A stretch of 60,510 bases of DNA from an uncultured Candidatus Saccharibacteria bacterium. GTDB lineage: Bacteria; Patescibacteriota; Minisyncoccia; Phycocordibacterales; SBAW01. Of this stretch, positions 40,341 to 50,307 are shown piece by piece. Both the position numbers and the translations under genes were made by a program. The stretch lies in contig CAYWFM010000002.1 of assembly GCA_964457915.1 (NCBI GenBank), positions 1-60,510 of the forward strand. The letters are read 5' to 3'. The number at the start of each line of letters is the position of its first letter. Positions within the stretch are counted from its first letter, which is position 1. Below the pieces are notes generated by a model. It was not told the DNA's origin, ran no database searches, and saw only the letters and a program-made list of their open reading frames with translations.

Positions 40341-41243
40341 ATGCAACGCTACAAGCAAGTTATTCTTGGTGTTTCTCTCGTACTCGCTGTGTCTGTAGTT
40401 TCTTTACCTGTCCGCGCAGCACAACTGACCAATGATCAGGTAAAAGCTATTCTTGGAATGCTACAGGTCTTTGGTGCCGACCAAAGCGTTATCGGTACTG
40501 TACAAGCGGCTCTCACTGGCTCTGCAACGTCTTCCCAACCAACGCTTGGCGAGCAGGGGAACCTTTCTCTGGGGCAACTCGGTAAGCTTTTGTGTGTCGC
40601 GCTGGATCGCAATCTCTCTGTCGGCTCTCGAGGTGACGATGTGCGTAAGTTACAAGATCTGTTGCGAGAAGATCCAGAATCTGGATTCACCGCATCCTCC
40701 ACCGGTCTCTTTGGTCCTCAAACTGCCAAAGCAATGGCTCGCTTCCAGATAAAAAACGGTATTGCTTCTAGTACACAGGGTGAAGTTGGGCCACGCACAA
40801 GAGCGTTCTTTGAACGCGCCTGCGGCAAAGGTCTTGAGAATAGTAAAAAAGAAGATCACGAGAGAGATGGTGAGGACAGAAAAACAGAACACGCAACCTC
40901 TACAAGAGCCACCACTGAGCAGCGGATGTATTTTGGCACTATCCAAAGCATAGCAAGTTCGTCACTCGTCCTGCAGCTTAAAAACGGCTCCACAACTGCT
41001 CCTATCACCATTGTCCCGACGACAGCGATTAAACTATCGGCTGCATCCTCAACACTCCAGGGGACGGTTGCGGATCTCACGGTAGGAACTCAGGTGGGAG
41101 TTGAGGTTTCAAAGAACCCCGACGGGTCACTGACTGCACGTATGATCGCTGTGGGTATGCTGATGCCCCAAGTGAAGACAGAGACACAGTCAAAGAATCC
41201 TATGATGCCGCCGCAGGGGTTTTTGAAAAAAAATGATCGGTAA
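40341..41243 (+). CDS. secreted peptidoglycan-binding-domain protein
   Basis: Signal peptide MQRYKQVILGVSLVLAVSVVSLPVRA and a PG_binding_1-like segment (GSRGDDVRKLQDLLRE...FGPQTAKAMARFQIKNGI). The ATG at 40341 is preferred over the GTG at 40284. Confidence 0.7.
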   Translation: MQRYKQVILGVSLVLAVSVVSLPVRAAQLTNDQVKAILGMLQVFGADQSVIGTVQAALTGSATSSQPTLGEQGNLSLGQLGKLLCVALDRNLSVGSRGDDVRKLQDLLREDPESGFTASSTGLFGPQTAKAMARFQIKNGIASSTQGEVGPRTRAFFERACGKGLENSKKEDHERDGEDRKTEHATSTRATTEQRMYFGTIQSIASSSLVLQLKNGSTTAPITIVPTTAIKLSAASSTLQGTVADLTVGTQVGVEVSKNPDGSLTARMIAVGMLMPQVKTETQSKNPMMPPQGFLKKNDR

Positions 41244-42348
41244 TATGCACACTTTTTCAGAATTGGTGCAAGCAACCATGCCACTTGCTACTCTGACGGC
41301 AGCCGCACAAGAAGCGATGCAAATAAGCCCAAGCATGATGGTGGGTATAGTAGTATTCGTGCTCGTTGGTATTGCGGTTGTGCTTGCGCTGATCGTGCTC
41401 ATCATTGTCGCGCAATGGAAGGTGTATAAAAAAATGGGCCACCCAGGTTGGGTTGCTATCGTGCCATTCTATAACACTGTTATACAGTTGCGTATGACCA
41501 ACCTGCCCTTGTGGTGGGTTGTGCTCCTTTTTGTGCCGATAGTGAATATTGTGCTCTTTGTACTTATCACACGACGATTGGCGGGAGTGTTTGGTCGCAG
41601 TGCAGGCTTTACGGTGGGGTTAATCTTCTTGCCATTCATCTTCTACCCAATACTTGGCTTTGGGCGTGCCACCTACCGCAACGGTTATCCACCAGCACGA
41701 CCAATGAGTGAAGAGGTGAAGTGGGCACTTATTGGTGCAGGAGTCTTCGCGATTTGCTTTTTCAATGGCTCGACACCAAGTCGACTCCACCCACTTGTTC
41801 GCATAGCCGACTCGGAGTATGCAACTGACGGAGAGTATGTATACCTAAACAATGAGATGCTCAGTGGTGCAGATCCGCGAACATTCAAAATAGATGGGTA
41901 TTACGCAAAGGATGCATGGTCAGTATATTATGACGCCGACAGATTGTCTGGTGTAGACGCGAACCACTTTACGGTGCTTGGAGAAAGAGGTGTGTACGCA
42001 AAGAGCGACACGGATGTTTACTGCGCCGGCATGATACTAGAGGGCGCTGATGCGGCGACGTTCTCGATTTTCTCTGATGATGATTTCGCAAAAGACTCAA
42101 CTCGGGTGTATGTCGATTGTGAAGCGCTCCCCGGTGTTGATTCGAAAACCTTCGAGGTTCTTGGTGGTGGCTATGCGAAAGGAGCCGCGCATGTGTATTA
42201 CTACGACCAGCCTATACTCAGCGCTGACCTAAAAACATTTACCGTCGAATCGGGCATGGTTGGTACAAACGAGTATGACGCAAAAGATAAAAATCATATG
42301 TATTACGCAGGAGAACTCATGGGTAAGGGGAGTGTAGGTGGTGAGTAA
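41233..42348 (+). CDS. membrane protein with DUF5684-like N-terminus and DKNYY-repeat C-terminal domain
   Basis: N-terminal TM region (KVYKKMGHPGWVAIVPFYN...) and C-terminal repeated (Y/V)Y..(D/N)...L.GADP.TF motifs ending in DKNHMYY. Confidence 0.6.
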   Translation: MIGNMHTFSELVQATMPLATLTAAAQEAMQISPSMMVGIVVFVLVGIAVVLALIVLIIVAQWKVYKKMGHPGWVAIVPFYNTVIQLRMTNLPLWWVVLLFVPIVNIVLFVLITRRLAGVFGRSAGFTVGLIFLPFIFYPILGFGRATYRNGYPPARPMSEEVKWALIGAGVFAICFFNGSTPSRLHPLVRIADSEYATDGEYVYLNNEMLSGADPRTFKIDGYYAKDAWSVYYDADRLSGVDANHFTVLGERGVYAKSDTDVYCAGMILEGADAATFSIFSDDDFAKDSTRVYVDCEALPGVDSKTFEVLGGGYAKGAAHVYYYDQPILSADLKTFTVESGMVGTNEYDAKDKNHMYYAGELMGKGSVGGE

Positions 42349-42430
42349 AAGGTGTTTAAAGGGGCGTGGAAAAATCTCTCGTTTTGGTGTACGGTATACA
42401 GGTCCGCGCATGCGTGGGCCTGTTTATGTC

Positions 42431-42503
42431 GCCGAAGTAGCTCAGTCGGTAGAGCAACTCCATGGTAAGGAGTAGGTCGCCAGTTCGATTCTGGCCTTCG
42501 GCT
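42431..42503 (+). tRNA. tRNA-Thr (GGT)
   Basis: Acceptor GCCGAAG/CTTCGGC, D arm GCTC-AGTCGGTA-GAGC, anticodon arm ACTCC-ATGGTAA-GGAGT, T arm GCCAG-TTCGATT-CTGGC, discriminator T. Confidence 0.9.
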
Positions 42504-42568
42504 CAAGGAAACCAAACCTTAGGTTTGAGAGTTTATTACAGTAAAGCAGCATTGCCCGCTTTGTAGCT

Positions 42569-43258
42569 ATGGAAACAAAACCTAATCGCCCACGCTCAAT
42601 AGGGATCATTATGGACGGTAACCGTCGGTGGGCACGTGAGAGAGGTATACCGCACATGGAAGGCCATTTGATTGGCTACGGGAAAATACTTGAAATTATG
42701 CGTTGGTGTAAGGAGGAAGGGGTGCTCTATATGACCCTGTATGCTTTTTCGACAGAAAATTGGAATCGCTCGAAAGAAGAGGTTTCATACTTAACAAACA
42801 TTTTTGAAAACAATTTAGTGCCTGACATGGAGCGAGCAAGACAAGAAAATGTTGCGGTGCGTTTTGCTGGAGATTTAAAACGCTTTGGCTCTGATTTTGA
42901 AAAAAGAGTACAGGAGCTTGAAGTGCTTAATCCAAAAGATCCTACGGGTACGCTCGTGGTCGCGCTTTCCTATGGTGGGCGTCTTGAGTTGGTGACGGCA
43001 ATAAATAAGTTACTCGCGCAAGGAAAGGGTAGCGTAACAGAAGAAGAATTTTCGAAAGAGTTATGGACGTGTGATATCCCCGACCCAGACCTTATTATTC
43101 GCACCGGCGGCGAGCAGCGACTCTCAAATTTTTTGCCGTGGCAGAGTGTGTATAGTGAGTTATTTTTTACCCCAACGTACTGGCCCGCATTCACGAAAGA
43201 AGAATTCATCGCCATCCTCGATGAGTATGCCAGCCGTGAACGCCGCCGAGGGAAGTAA
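42569..43258 (+). CDS. uppS: undecaprenyl-diphosphate synthase (cis-prenyltransferase)
   Basis: 229 aa with the motifs IGIIMDGNRRWARERG and RTGGEQRLSNFLPWQ. Confidence 0.95.
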   Translation: METKPNRPRSIGIIMDGNRRWARERGIPHMEGHLIGYGKILEIMRWCKEEGVLYMTLYAFSTENWNRSKEEVSYLTNIFENNLVPDMERARQENVAVRFAGDLKRFGSDFEKRVQELEVLNPKDPTGTLVVALSYGGRLELVTAINKLLAQGKGSVTEEEFSKELWTCDIPDPDLIIRTGGEQRLSNFLPWQSVYSELFFTPTYWPAFTKEEFIAILDEYASRERRRGK

Positions 43259-43262
43259 AACC

Positions 43263-43283
43263 TCTCGCCCGTAGGCGAGATTT
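43263..43283 (+). terminator. short hairpin after uppS
   Basis: TCTCGCC-CGTA-GGCGAGA followed by TTT. Confidence 0.5.
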
Positions 43284-43305
43284 ATGGTACTTTGGTGACG
43301 GTGTT

Positions 43306-43381
43306 GCCAGAGTAGCTCAGTTGGTAGAGCATCTCACTCGTAACGAGAAGGTCGGCGGTTCGATCCCGCCCTCTGGCTCCA
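43306..43381 (+). tRNA. tRNA-Thr (CGT), CCA encoded
   Basis: Acceptor GCCAGAG/CTCTGGC, D arm GCTC-AGTTGGTA-GAGC, anticodon loop CTCGTAA, T arm GGCGG-TTCGATC-CCGCC, discriminator T, CCA at 43379-43381. Confidence 0.9.
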
Positions 43382-44257
43382 ATGACTAAAGAGGAGGAGA
43401 AGGGAGAGATACAGAAAAAAATAGAAGGGTTGGAGGCGGCGATGCTCGCACCCGATTTTTGGAGCGATAAAAACAAAGCGCAGGCAGCTATAAAGGAGCT
43501 ACAAGATTTAAAGGCGGCGCTTGAGGGAGGCAGCTCATATGATCGTGGGGGCGCAATACTCTCTATTGTTGCTGGGGCAGGCGGAGATGATGCTGAAGAC
43601 TTTGCGGCGATGCTCCTTTCGATGTATCAAAAATTTATTGAGAAAAAAGGTTGGGGTGCCCGGATGCTGCATGAAAATCAAAATGATCATGGTGGGTATC
43701 GCAACCTTTCGATGGAAATCACCGGGAAGGGAGTGTTTGGGACACTTAAGCGTGAGTATGGGGTACACCGGTTGGTGCGTCTTTCGCCATTTAATGCGAA
43801 CCAAAAACGCCAGACATCATTCGTGCTCGTTGAGGTGCTGCCGGTGATTGAAAAGGTATCGAACCTAGAGGTTCCTGAGGGTGACCTTGATGTCTCGGTA
43901 GCACGCTCCTCGGGTCCTGGTGGGCAAAATGTCAACAAACGCGAGACGGCGGTGCGTATCGTGCACAAGCCAACCGGCATATCGGCGCATGTTGATGGTG
44001 AGCGCACCCAAGGAGCAAACAAAGAGAAGGCGCTCGCCATTATAAAAGCGAAGCTCCAGCACTTTCTTGAAGAGCAGCGCAAAGAAAAAATCTCTGACCT
44101 TTCAACTGATACCAACAAGATTGAATGGGGCAGCCAAATTCGTTCGTACGTACTCCATCCCTACAAGCTCGTGAAAGATCACCGCAGCGGTGTTGAGGTG
44201 CATGATGCCGAAGGAGTCCTCGACGGCAATCTCGACCCGTTTATTGAAGCTGCATAA
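43382..44257 (+). CDS. prfB: peptide chain release factor 2, short form (domain 1 truncated)
   Basis: SPF tripeptide (RLSPFNA) and GGQ ([10 protein letters not shown]). It is 291 aa, against roughly 365 for typical RF2. The ATG at 43382 starts the nucleotide after the tRNA CCA. An alternative ATG at 43442 is preceded by GGAGG. Confidence 0.85.
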   Translation: MTKEEEKGEIQKKIEGLEAAMLAPDFWSDKNKAQAAIKELQDLKAALEGGSSYDRGGAILSIVAGAGGDDAEDFAAMLLSMYQKFIEKKGWGARMLHENQNDHGGYRNLSMEITGKGVFGTLKREYGVHRLVRLSPFNANQKRQTSFVLVEVLPVIEKVSNLEVPEGDLDVSVARSSGPGGQNVNKRETAVRIVHKPTGISAHVDGERTQGANKEKALAIIKAKLQHFLEEQRKEKISDLSTDTNKIEWGSQIRSYVLHPYKLVKDHRSGVEVHDAEGVLDGNLDPFIEAA

Positions 44258-44306
44258 GGCTGTTTTGCTAAGCCTCGAGTCGGGAGTACAATAGAAAAGT
44301 TACATC

Positions 44307-44987
44307 ATGATTTACTACGACCGCGTTTCGAAAATATATCCAGATAGTTCTGTTGCGCTACAAGACGTTTCCTTCTCGGTAGAGCCAGGCGAATTTATCT
44401 CTATTGTTGGTCACTCGGGCGCAGGGAAGACGACGCTTATTAAAATGCTCCTCGCAGAAGAAAAGCCAAGCTCCGGTTCGGTCTTTTTTGAGTCTATCAA
44501 TATCCACGAGGTGCCCCTCTCGCGTATGAGCCACCTGCGCCGCAAAATTGGCACCGTGTTTCAGGATTTTCGCTTGCTCCCAAACAAGACCGCGTATGAA
44601 AACATAGCCTTCGCTATGGAGGCAGCGGGGCGCGATGAGGAGGAAATCCGCTCTGATGTCCCCCACGTGCTTGAGCTTGTTGATCTTGCAGATAAGATGA
44701 ACAACTTTCCCGGCGAGCTCTCCGGTGGTGAGCAGCAGCGTGTCGCCATAGCGCGCGCCATTGTAAATCAGCCCGACGTTATTATTGCTGACGAACCAAC
44801 GGGTAATCTCGACCCGGTGAACACCTTTGAAATTGTGCAGATTCTGAAGAAAATTAACGACCTTGGGACTACGGTTATTCTCACTACCCACAATAAGGGT
44901 GTCATTGACGCGCTTAAGAAGCGGGTCATTACCATGGACCGTGGCCGTGTGGTGCGCGATGACCGCGAAGGGAAGTATATTTTATAA
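44307..44987 (+). CDS. ftsE: cell-division ABC ATPase FtsE
   Basis: Walker A GHSGAGKTT, signature LSGGEQQRV, Walker B VIIADEPTGNLD. It is followed by ftsX. Confidence 0.9.
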   Translation: MIYYDRVSKIYPDSSVALQDVSFSVEPGEFISIVGHSGAGKTTLIKMLLAEEKPSSGSVFFESINIHEVPLSRMSHLRRKIGTVFQDFRLLPNKTAYENIAFAMEAAGRDEEEIRSDVPHVLELVDLADKMNNFPGELSGGEQQRVAIARAIVNQPDVIIADEPTGNLDPVNTFEIVQILKKINDLGTTVILTTHNKGVIDALKKRVITMDRGRVVRDDREGKYIL

Positions 44988-45033
44988 GTCAGTTGCCCTC
45001 GGGGTAGGAGGAGGAGTATACTAGGGAGCATTG

Positions 45034-45966
45034 ATGAGCTTCGTCACCCTTCGGCGTGTTATACGTGCTGGGCTCCTAGATTTTTCTAGGAATGGTTTTG
45101 TCTCCTTTTCATCGATCCTCATTATGGTTGAAACCCTCTTTATTTTGGGTTTCATGCTGTTTGTGGGCATTATTCTCAATACGACACTTAACCAGCTGCG
45201 CAATCTTGCTGATGTGAATGTGTACTTCACCACGGGGGCTCCTGAAGAGCAGATCTTTACCTTGCAGAAATCTCTCGAGGCTCTTCCTGAGGTTGCATCT
45301 GTTGAGTATATATCTGCTGACGAAGCGGAGCAGCAGTTTCGTGCACGCCATCAAAATGACCAGCTCGCACTCCAGGCGCTCGATGAGCTCGGCAGTAACC
45401 CGCTGGGCGCCGTACTCAACGTTAAAGCAAAAGATGTATCCCAGTATGATGCGATAGCGACATTCCTTAACGAGCAGCAGTCCCTGGGGAGCGGTGCTGG
45501 TGCCGGTATCGATAAGATTAACTACAACAACGAGCAGCACCGCAGCGCGCTCGAAAACCTTAAAAATATTACCAACTCAGGTGGTCGTCTCGGGCTTATC
45601 ATTATTGCCATTTTTATCATCACCACAATAACCACGCTCTTTAACATGATACGTCTCACCATCTATACGAGCCGTGACGAGATTCATGTTATGCGGCTTA
45701 TGGGTGCTGGGCAGCTGTACATTCGAGCGCCCTTTATGATCGAAGGTATGCTCCAGGGGCTTATTGCGGGTATCACGACACTGCTCCTCTTCTACCCACT
45801 CACCTGGTGGTTGGGTGCTTCAACCGCGAGCTTCTTTGGTGGTGTTAACATATACACCTACTACCTCAGCCACTTCATACTCTTTTTTATCATAATCGTG
45901 GGTACGGGAGTGGGGCTCGGCGCGCTTGCGAACTTTCTCGCGACGCGTCGATATATAAAAATTTGA
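45034..45966 (+). CDS. ftsX: cell-division permease-like protein FtsX
   Basis: About 310 aa with the FtsX topology (TM1, a large loop, then three C-terminal TMs). The ATG is at 45034 and the stop is TGA. Confidence 0.85.
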   Translation: MSFVTLRRVIRAGLLDFSRNGFVSFSSILIMVETLFILGFMLFVGIILNTTLNQLRNLADVNVYFTTGAPEEQIFTLQKSLEALPEVASVEYISADEAEQQFRARHQNDQLALQALDELGSNPLGAVLNVKAKDVSQYDAIATFLNEQQSLGSGAGAGIDKINYNNEQHRSALENLKNITNSGGRLGLIIIAIFIITTITTLFNMIRLTIYTSRDEIHVMRLMGAGQLYIRAPFMIEGMLQGLIAGITTLLLFYPLTWWLGASTASFFGGVNIYTYYLSHFILFFIIIVGTGVGLGALANFLATRRYIKI

Positions 45967-45969
45967 TAT

Positions 45970-47637
45970 ATGGCTACGAATCCGAAATACATTTTTATTG
46001 TCGGTGGGGTAATGAGCGGCATCGGCAAAGGGATAGCAACCTCCTCCATCGGGAGGATTTTAAAATCCAAAGGCTTCAAGGTTACGGCCATCAAAATCGA
46101 CCCGTACATTAACGTTGATGCGGGCACCATGAACCCAACCGAGCATGGCGAAGTCTTTGTTCTTGATGATGGGTACGAAACAGACCAAGACATGGGTAAT
46201 TATGAGCGGTTTCTCGATGAGGCACTACCCTCTATAAACTACATGACTACGGGGCGCGTTTACCAAGAAGTTATCCGCCGCGAACGTAATTTAGAATATG
46301 GGGGCAAAAATGTTGAGGTGGTACCTGACGTGCCCCTTGAAGTGTTGCGCCGTATCAGCGAGGCACAAAAAACAGCAAACGCTGATATTACCCTTGTTGA
46401 GGTAGGAGGCACTATTGGTGAGTATCAAAACATCATCTTTCTTGAAGCGGCACGGATGCTCAAACAGAAATACCCTCGTGATGTGGCGGTGGTCATGCTC
46501 TCGTATGTGCCGATTCCTGGCAATATCGGAGAGATGAAAACCAAGCCGACCCAGTATGCGGCGCGTTCGCTCAACAGTGTCGGACTCCAGGCGGATGTTA
46601 TTTTGGCGCGCGCTACCGTACCCCTTGACCAAAAACGCAAAGAAAAAATAGCCGTCTTTTGCAACATACTGCCTGAGCGTGTTATTAGTGCGCCCGATGT
46701 CGACTCAATCTATGATGTGCCACTTAATTACGAGAAGGATGGTATGGGTGATATTTTGTGCGACGTACTTGGGCTCGATAGGCGCGCAACTGATCTGTCG
46801 CAGTGGGCGGCCTTTGTTGCTAAATCAAAAAATGGGGGGACAAAACGCTCTATCGCGGTTGTTGGTAAATATTTTATGTCGGGTGAGTATGTGCTCTCGG
46901 ATGTCTACATCTCGGTCATCGAGGCTCTCAAGCACGCGGCGTATGCGGTCGACTGTAAGGTGCAACTGTCCTACCTAGATTCTGAAGTATATGAAAAAGA
47001 CCCTGCGAAGTTAGAAGAGCTGCGCCAGTATGATGGCATTGTCGTGCCTGGGGGTTTCGGTTCGCGCGGCGTCGAGGGTATTGTGAGCACTATTCAGTTT
47101 GCGCGTGAACAAAAAATTCCATACCTCGGCCTGTGCTACGGTATGCAGTGGCTAACCATTGAGTATGCGCGCCACGTGGCGGGGCTCGAGGGCGCTAACA
47201 CCGCTGAGGTTCATGCAGAGGCACCCCATCCTGTTATTGACGTGATGTCCGACCAGGTGGAAAAACTTACCAAGGCAGACTATGGCGGCACCATGCGCCT
47301 CGGGACCTATCCCTGTGTGCTCAAAGAGGGCACCGTTGCCCACGAAGCATACTTGTCCGCTGGGGCGTTAGCGAAGGAGGGGGGAGGCGCACAGGTGGAC
47401 GAGCGCCACCGCCATCGCTACGAGGTAAACCCTGAGTATATTGAGCGGCTTGAAAAAGCAGGGCTCGTATTTTCAGGAAAATCACCATCAGGAAAACTAA
47501 TGGAACTAGCAGAGCTTCCCCGCACAGTACACCCATTTTTTGTCGGTTCGCAATTTCACCCTGAACTTACTTCGCGCCCGCTCAAACCACACCCACTCTT
47601 TATTGCGTTCATAAAAGCTACTGCAGCGCAAAAGTAG
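45970..47637 (+). CDS. pyrG: CTP synthase
   Basis: 555 aa with the N-terminus KYIFIVGGVMSGIGKGI and the GATase motif (GLCYGMQ, HRHRYEVN). Confidence 0.95.
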   Translation: MATNPKYIFIVGGVMSGIGKGIATSSIGRILKSKGFKVTAIKIDPYINVDAGTMNPTEHGEVFVLDDGYETDQDMGNYERFLDEALPSINYMTTGRVYQEVIRRERNLEYGGKNVEVVPDVPLEVLRRISEAQKTANADITLVEVGGTIGEYQNIIFLEAARMLKQKYPRDVAVVMLSYVPIPGNIGEMKTKPTQYAARSLNSVGLQADVILARATVPLDQKRKEKIAVFCNILPERVISAPDVDSIYDVPLNYEKDGMGDILCDVLGLDRRATDLSQWAAFVAKSKNGGTKRSIAVVGKYFMSGEYVLSDVYISVIEALKHAAYAVDCKVQLSYLDSEVYEKDPAKLEELRQYDGIVVPGGFGSRGVEGIVSTIQFAREQKIPYLGLCYGMQWLTIEYARHVAGLEGANTAEVHAEAPHPVIDVMSDQVEKLTKADYGGTMRLGTYPCVLKEGTVAHEAYLSAGALAKEGGGAQVDERHRHRYEVNPEYIERLEKAGLVFSGKSPSGKLMELAELPRTVHPFFVGSQFHPELTSRPLKPHPLFIAFIKATAAQK

Positions 47638-47646
47638 TACTAGCCA

Positions 47647-49290
47647 CTAGTGTCCACTGCTTGGTTTTGGTTCGGTGGGGGATAACATTTTTGTACTAGG
47701 TAATCGCAAGGTGAGGAAAAAGGCGAGTACCATAAAAATGATTCCCGACAGCAGGGTGAGTCGGCTCGCTTCAACCGTTGCGGTGCGTACAATACCTGTC
47801 AGCGCTACGCCAAGTGTGCTCGGTGTAGCGTTGGGCGCTTCTTGAAAATCTCCGCTAAACCCTATCGTCGATGCTTGGGTTTTGATCTGCTGGGTGAGAG
47901 CGGGTTTTGCTGACTCAGGGATAGAGGGGCTCGCTACTATACCCGCAACCAGATTGGTAGAAAGGGTAGAAAGTAAAATAGCACCCATAATGGCTGAGCC
48001 GAGAGTGGCTCCTAGTTGGCGCAGGGTACCGTTAACTCCTGATGCCTCGCCGGCTTGGGCGAGCGGTACCGCAGAGAGCGTAATATTATTTGCCTGCGAC
48101 ATAATAAGACCCATGCCAATACCAAACAGTATAAAACCAGGCGTCAGTGCCCACTGGGTCGTATCACTTCCGATACCTAGGCTTAGCACCCAAAACGCCA
48201 AGGCGTTAATAAGGACCGCGGCTTGAATAAGTCGCTTAGGGGTTACAAACTGAATGATGTAAGCGCTAAAAACTGAAACAACCAAAAGGGTGAGCGACAT
48301 GGGGAGCATCGCAACTCCCGTTGCGACTGCTGAGAGCCCGAGCACGCTCTGGAAGAATACGGGGAGCACAAAACTCATACCTACCTGTGCAAGAGAAAGA
48401 AGGCCGATGATAAGTGTGCCGCGCACAAAGACACCGTTTTGAAACAGCGAGAGAGAAACAAGAGGTGTTTTTTGTGCGTAGTGCTCGCGATAGTACTGCC
48501 ACAGTGCAAAGAGCCCCAGCAATCCAAGTCCAAGAAGAATGCTCGGGAGCACTATTGAATACTGTCCCAGAAAAGCCCAGGAGAAAGACCCAAGTATGAA
48601 AACCTCCTTCGCATAGATCCACCCGTAGGTTGAAGACTCTATGACGCCAAACACAACCAGCAGCATGCCGAGTGATGAAAGGAGTATTCCAAGAAAATCA
48701 AGTTGTGGCTTGCGACTCGTATCGCGCGCTTCGTGGACAATGAGTGAGCCAAGTATAACAACCGCAGCGACAAAGAGGTTGATTCGAAATGCCCATCGCC
48801 ATGAGTAGTAGGTGGTGAGGAATCCGCCAAACACAGGGCCGAGCGCCGCACCCGCTGAGGCGACGCCGCCCCAAATACCAAAGCCGATTTGTCTGTCACG
48901 CCCTTGATAATTGGAGACCAAGAGTGACGCGGTAGCAGGCATCATGAGTGCGGCGCCGATCCCTTCGATAATCGCTTCGCCAATAATCATCATGCCCACG
49001 CTGGTACTGATAGAGGTGATGAATGAACCTAGTGCAAAAATAAGCGCGCCCGTCACAAACATGCGTTTACGACCAAAGAGGTCGCCGAGCCTGCCGCCGG
49101 TAATGGTGAAGGCGGCGAGTACCAGTGAGTAGGCGGTTATGACCCATTGGATGCTTTGAATATCAGTGTTGAGATCGCCTATGATAGCGCGCAGCGATAC
49201 ATTGAGAATCGTGGTGTCGAGAATGATGATAAGAAGAGCAAAAGACAGCACCAAAAGTGGTGCCCATTTGCGAAAACCGGCTTGTAGCAT
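47647..49290 (-). CDS. MFS transporter, DHA2 (EmrB/QacA, 14-TM) family
   Basis: 547-aa polytopic protein with the MFS motif GRLGDLFGRKRMF. Confidence 0.85.
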   Translation of the reverse strand: MLQAGFRKWAPLLVLSFALLIIILDTTILNVSLRAIIGDLNTDIQSIQWVITAYSLVLAAFTITGGRLGDLFGRKRMFVTGALIFALGSFITSISTSVGMMIIGEAIIEGIGAALMMPATASLLVSNYQGRDRQIGFGIWGGVASAGAALGPVFGGFLTTYYSWRWAFRINLFVAAVVILGSLIVHEARDTSRKPQLDFLGILLSSLGMLLVVFGVIESSTYGWIYAKEVFILGSFSWAFLGQYSIVLPSILLGLGLLGLFALWQYYREHYAQKTPLVSLSLFQNGVFVRGTLIIGLLSLAQVGMSFVLPVFFQSVLGLSAVATGVAMLPMSLTLLVVSVFSAYIIQFVTPKRLIQAAVLINALAFWVLSLGIGSDTTQWALTPGFILFGIGMGLIMSQANNITLSAVPLAQAGEASGVNGTLRQLGATLGSAIMGAILLSTLSTNLVAGIVASPSIPESAKPALTQQIKTQASTIGFSGDFQEAPNATPSTLGVALTGIVRTATVEASRLTLLSGIIFMVLAFFLTLRLPSTKMLSPTEPKPSSGH

Positions 49291-49308
49291 ACGAATCAGT
49301 ATAGCAAA

Positions 49309-50307
49309 TTATGAAAAAGTATCGCGCGAACCATCGCGAGCAATCTCATCTTCATCATCAAAAACATAGTATCGCTTGTATCCGGCATACCCTACGGCGC
49401 CTCCGAGTGCCACTATGGTTATCCCGAGCGCTCCAAGAACAAGTGGGTCGTCAAAAAGTCCGTGCTGTTTTTTGGGCGCTACGAGACGTCGTCTGAGCAC
49501 TTTACGTTTTTGGGTGGTGGTAGCAGCTGGTGTTCCTGGTGTACCCATTGTGACCACCTCAACCGATTCTTCGTCGGTGTAATACTCATACGCGGCTTCG
49601 GCGCTATCACCAAGATATGCTTTGTCGCCAGGTAGTGGAGTGCCGGCTGGGACAAGCTCGCTCTCGACACCTTGTGCAGAAGGATTTACCGCAAACCCAT
49701 CAGCAGGCGCTAGGTTAGGAAAGAAGGTGCTCAAGAGGAGTGGTATGGAGGCGCCGGTTGAAGTGCCGAGATTCCCGGGCAGATAAAACAGGACAGTGTA
49801 GTACAAGTTATTACCGACTGCGAGTGTTTGCCCAGGGGTCGTGGTCGGCGGCTGTGGCTCGGTTGGTTTCGTGGGGTTGGTGGTACTTGGTGGATTTTGA
49901 GTTGGTGTCGTCGGGGGAGGTGTGGGTTGCTGCTGGGTGGTGGTTGGTGAAGTTATTGGGGTAGTTGTCGCTGAAGGAGTGGGGGGAGTGGTTGGAGGCG
50001 TGTAGAGAGTTGGATATGGGATAAACCATATATAACCATCACTTGGATTTTGGCGAAAAAGCCCCTCACTCGTATCTGGGTTATCAAATGAGCAATACTG
50101 GCCACTGTGGCAGTAAATGGCTTGATCAACTTGTGCGCGTGCCACGCAAAGCGGCACAGCAAGTGCCGTGCCAAATACAACAAGCGCCACTATGTAAGCA
50201 GTGGAGTATTTCACCGTGCGTGTGTAGATATTGTAGCACTCAAATATTCTCTTAGTTGAGGGTCCAAATAAAATAATTGAGTGTTCCTGCAAACGTGACC
50301 CAAGCAA
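49309..50307 (-). CDS. Pro/Thr-rich surface protein with C-terminal TM anchor
   Basis: It has a signal-like region (AYIVALVVFGTALAVPLCVARA), a long P/T-rich low-complexity tract and a C-terminal TM helix. The true start is probably the GTG at 50214, because the ORF-track start overlaps the tspO 3' end by 56 nt. Confidence 0.55.
   Translation of the reverse strand: MLGSRLQEHSIILFGPSTKRIFECYNIYTRTVKYSTAYIVALVVFGTALAVPLCVARAQVDQAIYCHSGQYCSFDNPDTSEGLFRQNPSDGYIWFIPYPTLYTPPTTPPTPSATTTPITSPTTTQQQPTPPPTTPTQNPPSTTNPTKPTEPQPPTTTPGQTLAVGNNLYYTVLFYLPGNLGTSTGASIPLLLSTFFPNLAPADGFAVNPSAQGVESELVPAGTPLPGDKAYLGDSAEAAYEYYTDEESVEVVTMGTPGTPAATTTQKRKVLRRRLVAPKKQHGLFDDPLVLGALGITIVALGGAVGYAGYKRYYVFDDEDEIARDGSRDTFS

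Noticed and set aside
42303-42657. Minus-strand ORFs 42303-42515 and 42442-42657.
   Set aside because: They are antisense to tRNA-Thr(GGT) and its flanks. They are shadow ORFs with no RBS or family resemblance.
43259-43444. A programmed +1 frameshift site (CTT TGA C type) for prfB.
   Set aside because: The space upstream of the RF2-homologous sequence is occupied by tRNA-Thr, and no upstream short ORF ending in an in-frame TGA exists.
50215-50307. The ATG at 50307 as the start of the Pro/Thr-rich protein.
   Set aside because: It would overlap the tspO 3' end by 56 nt and add a non-signal-like N-terminus. The GTG at 50214, directly before the hydrophobic signal-like segment, is more plausible. 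The feature is reported with ORF-track coordinates and this caveat.
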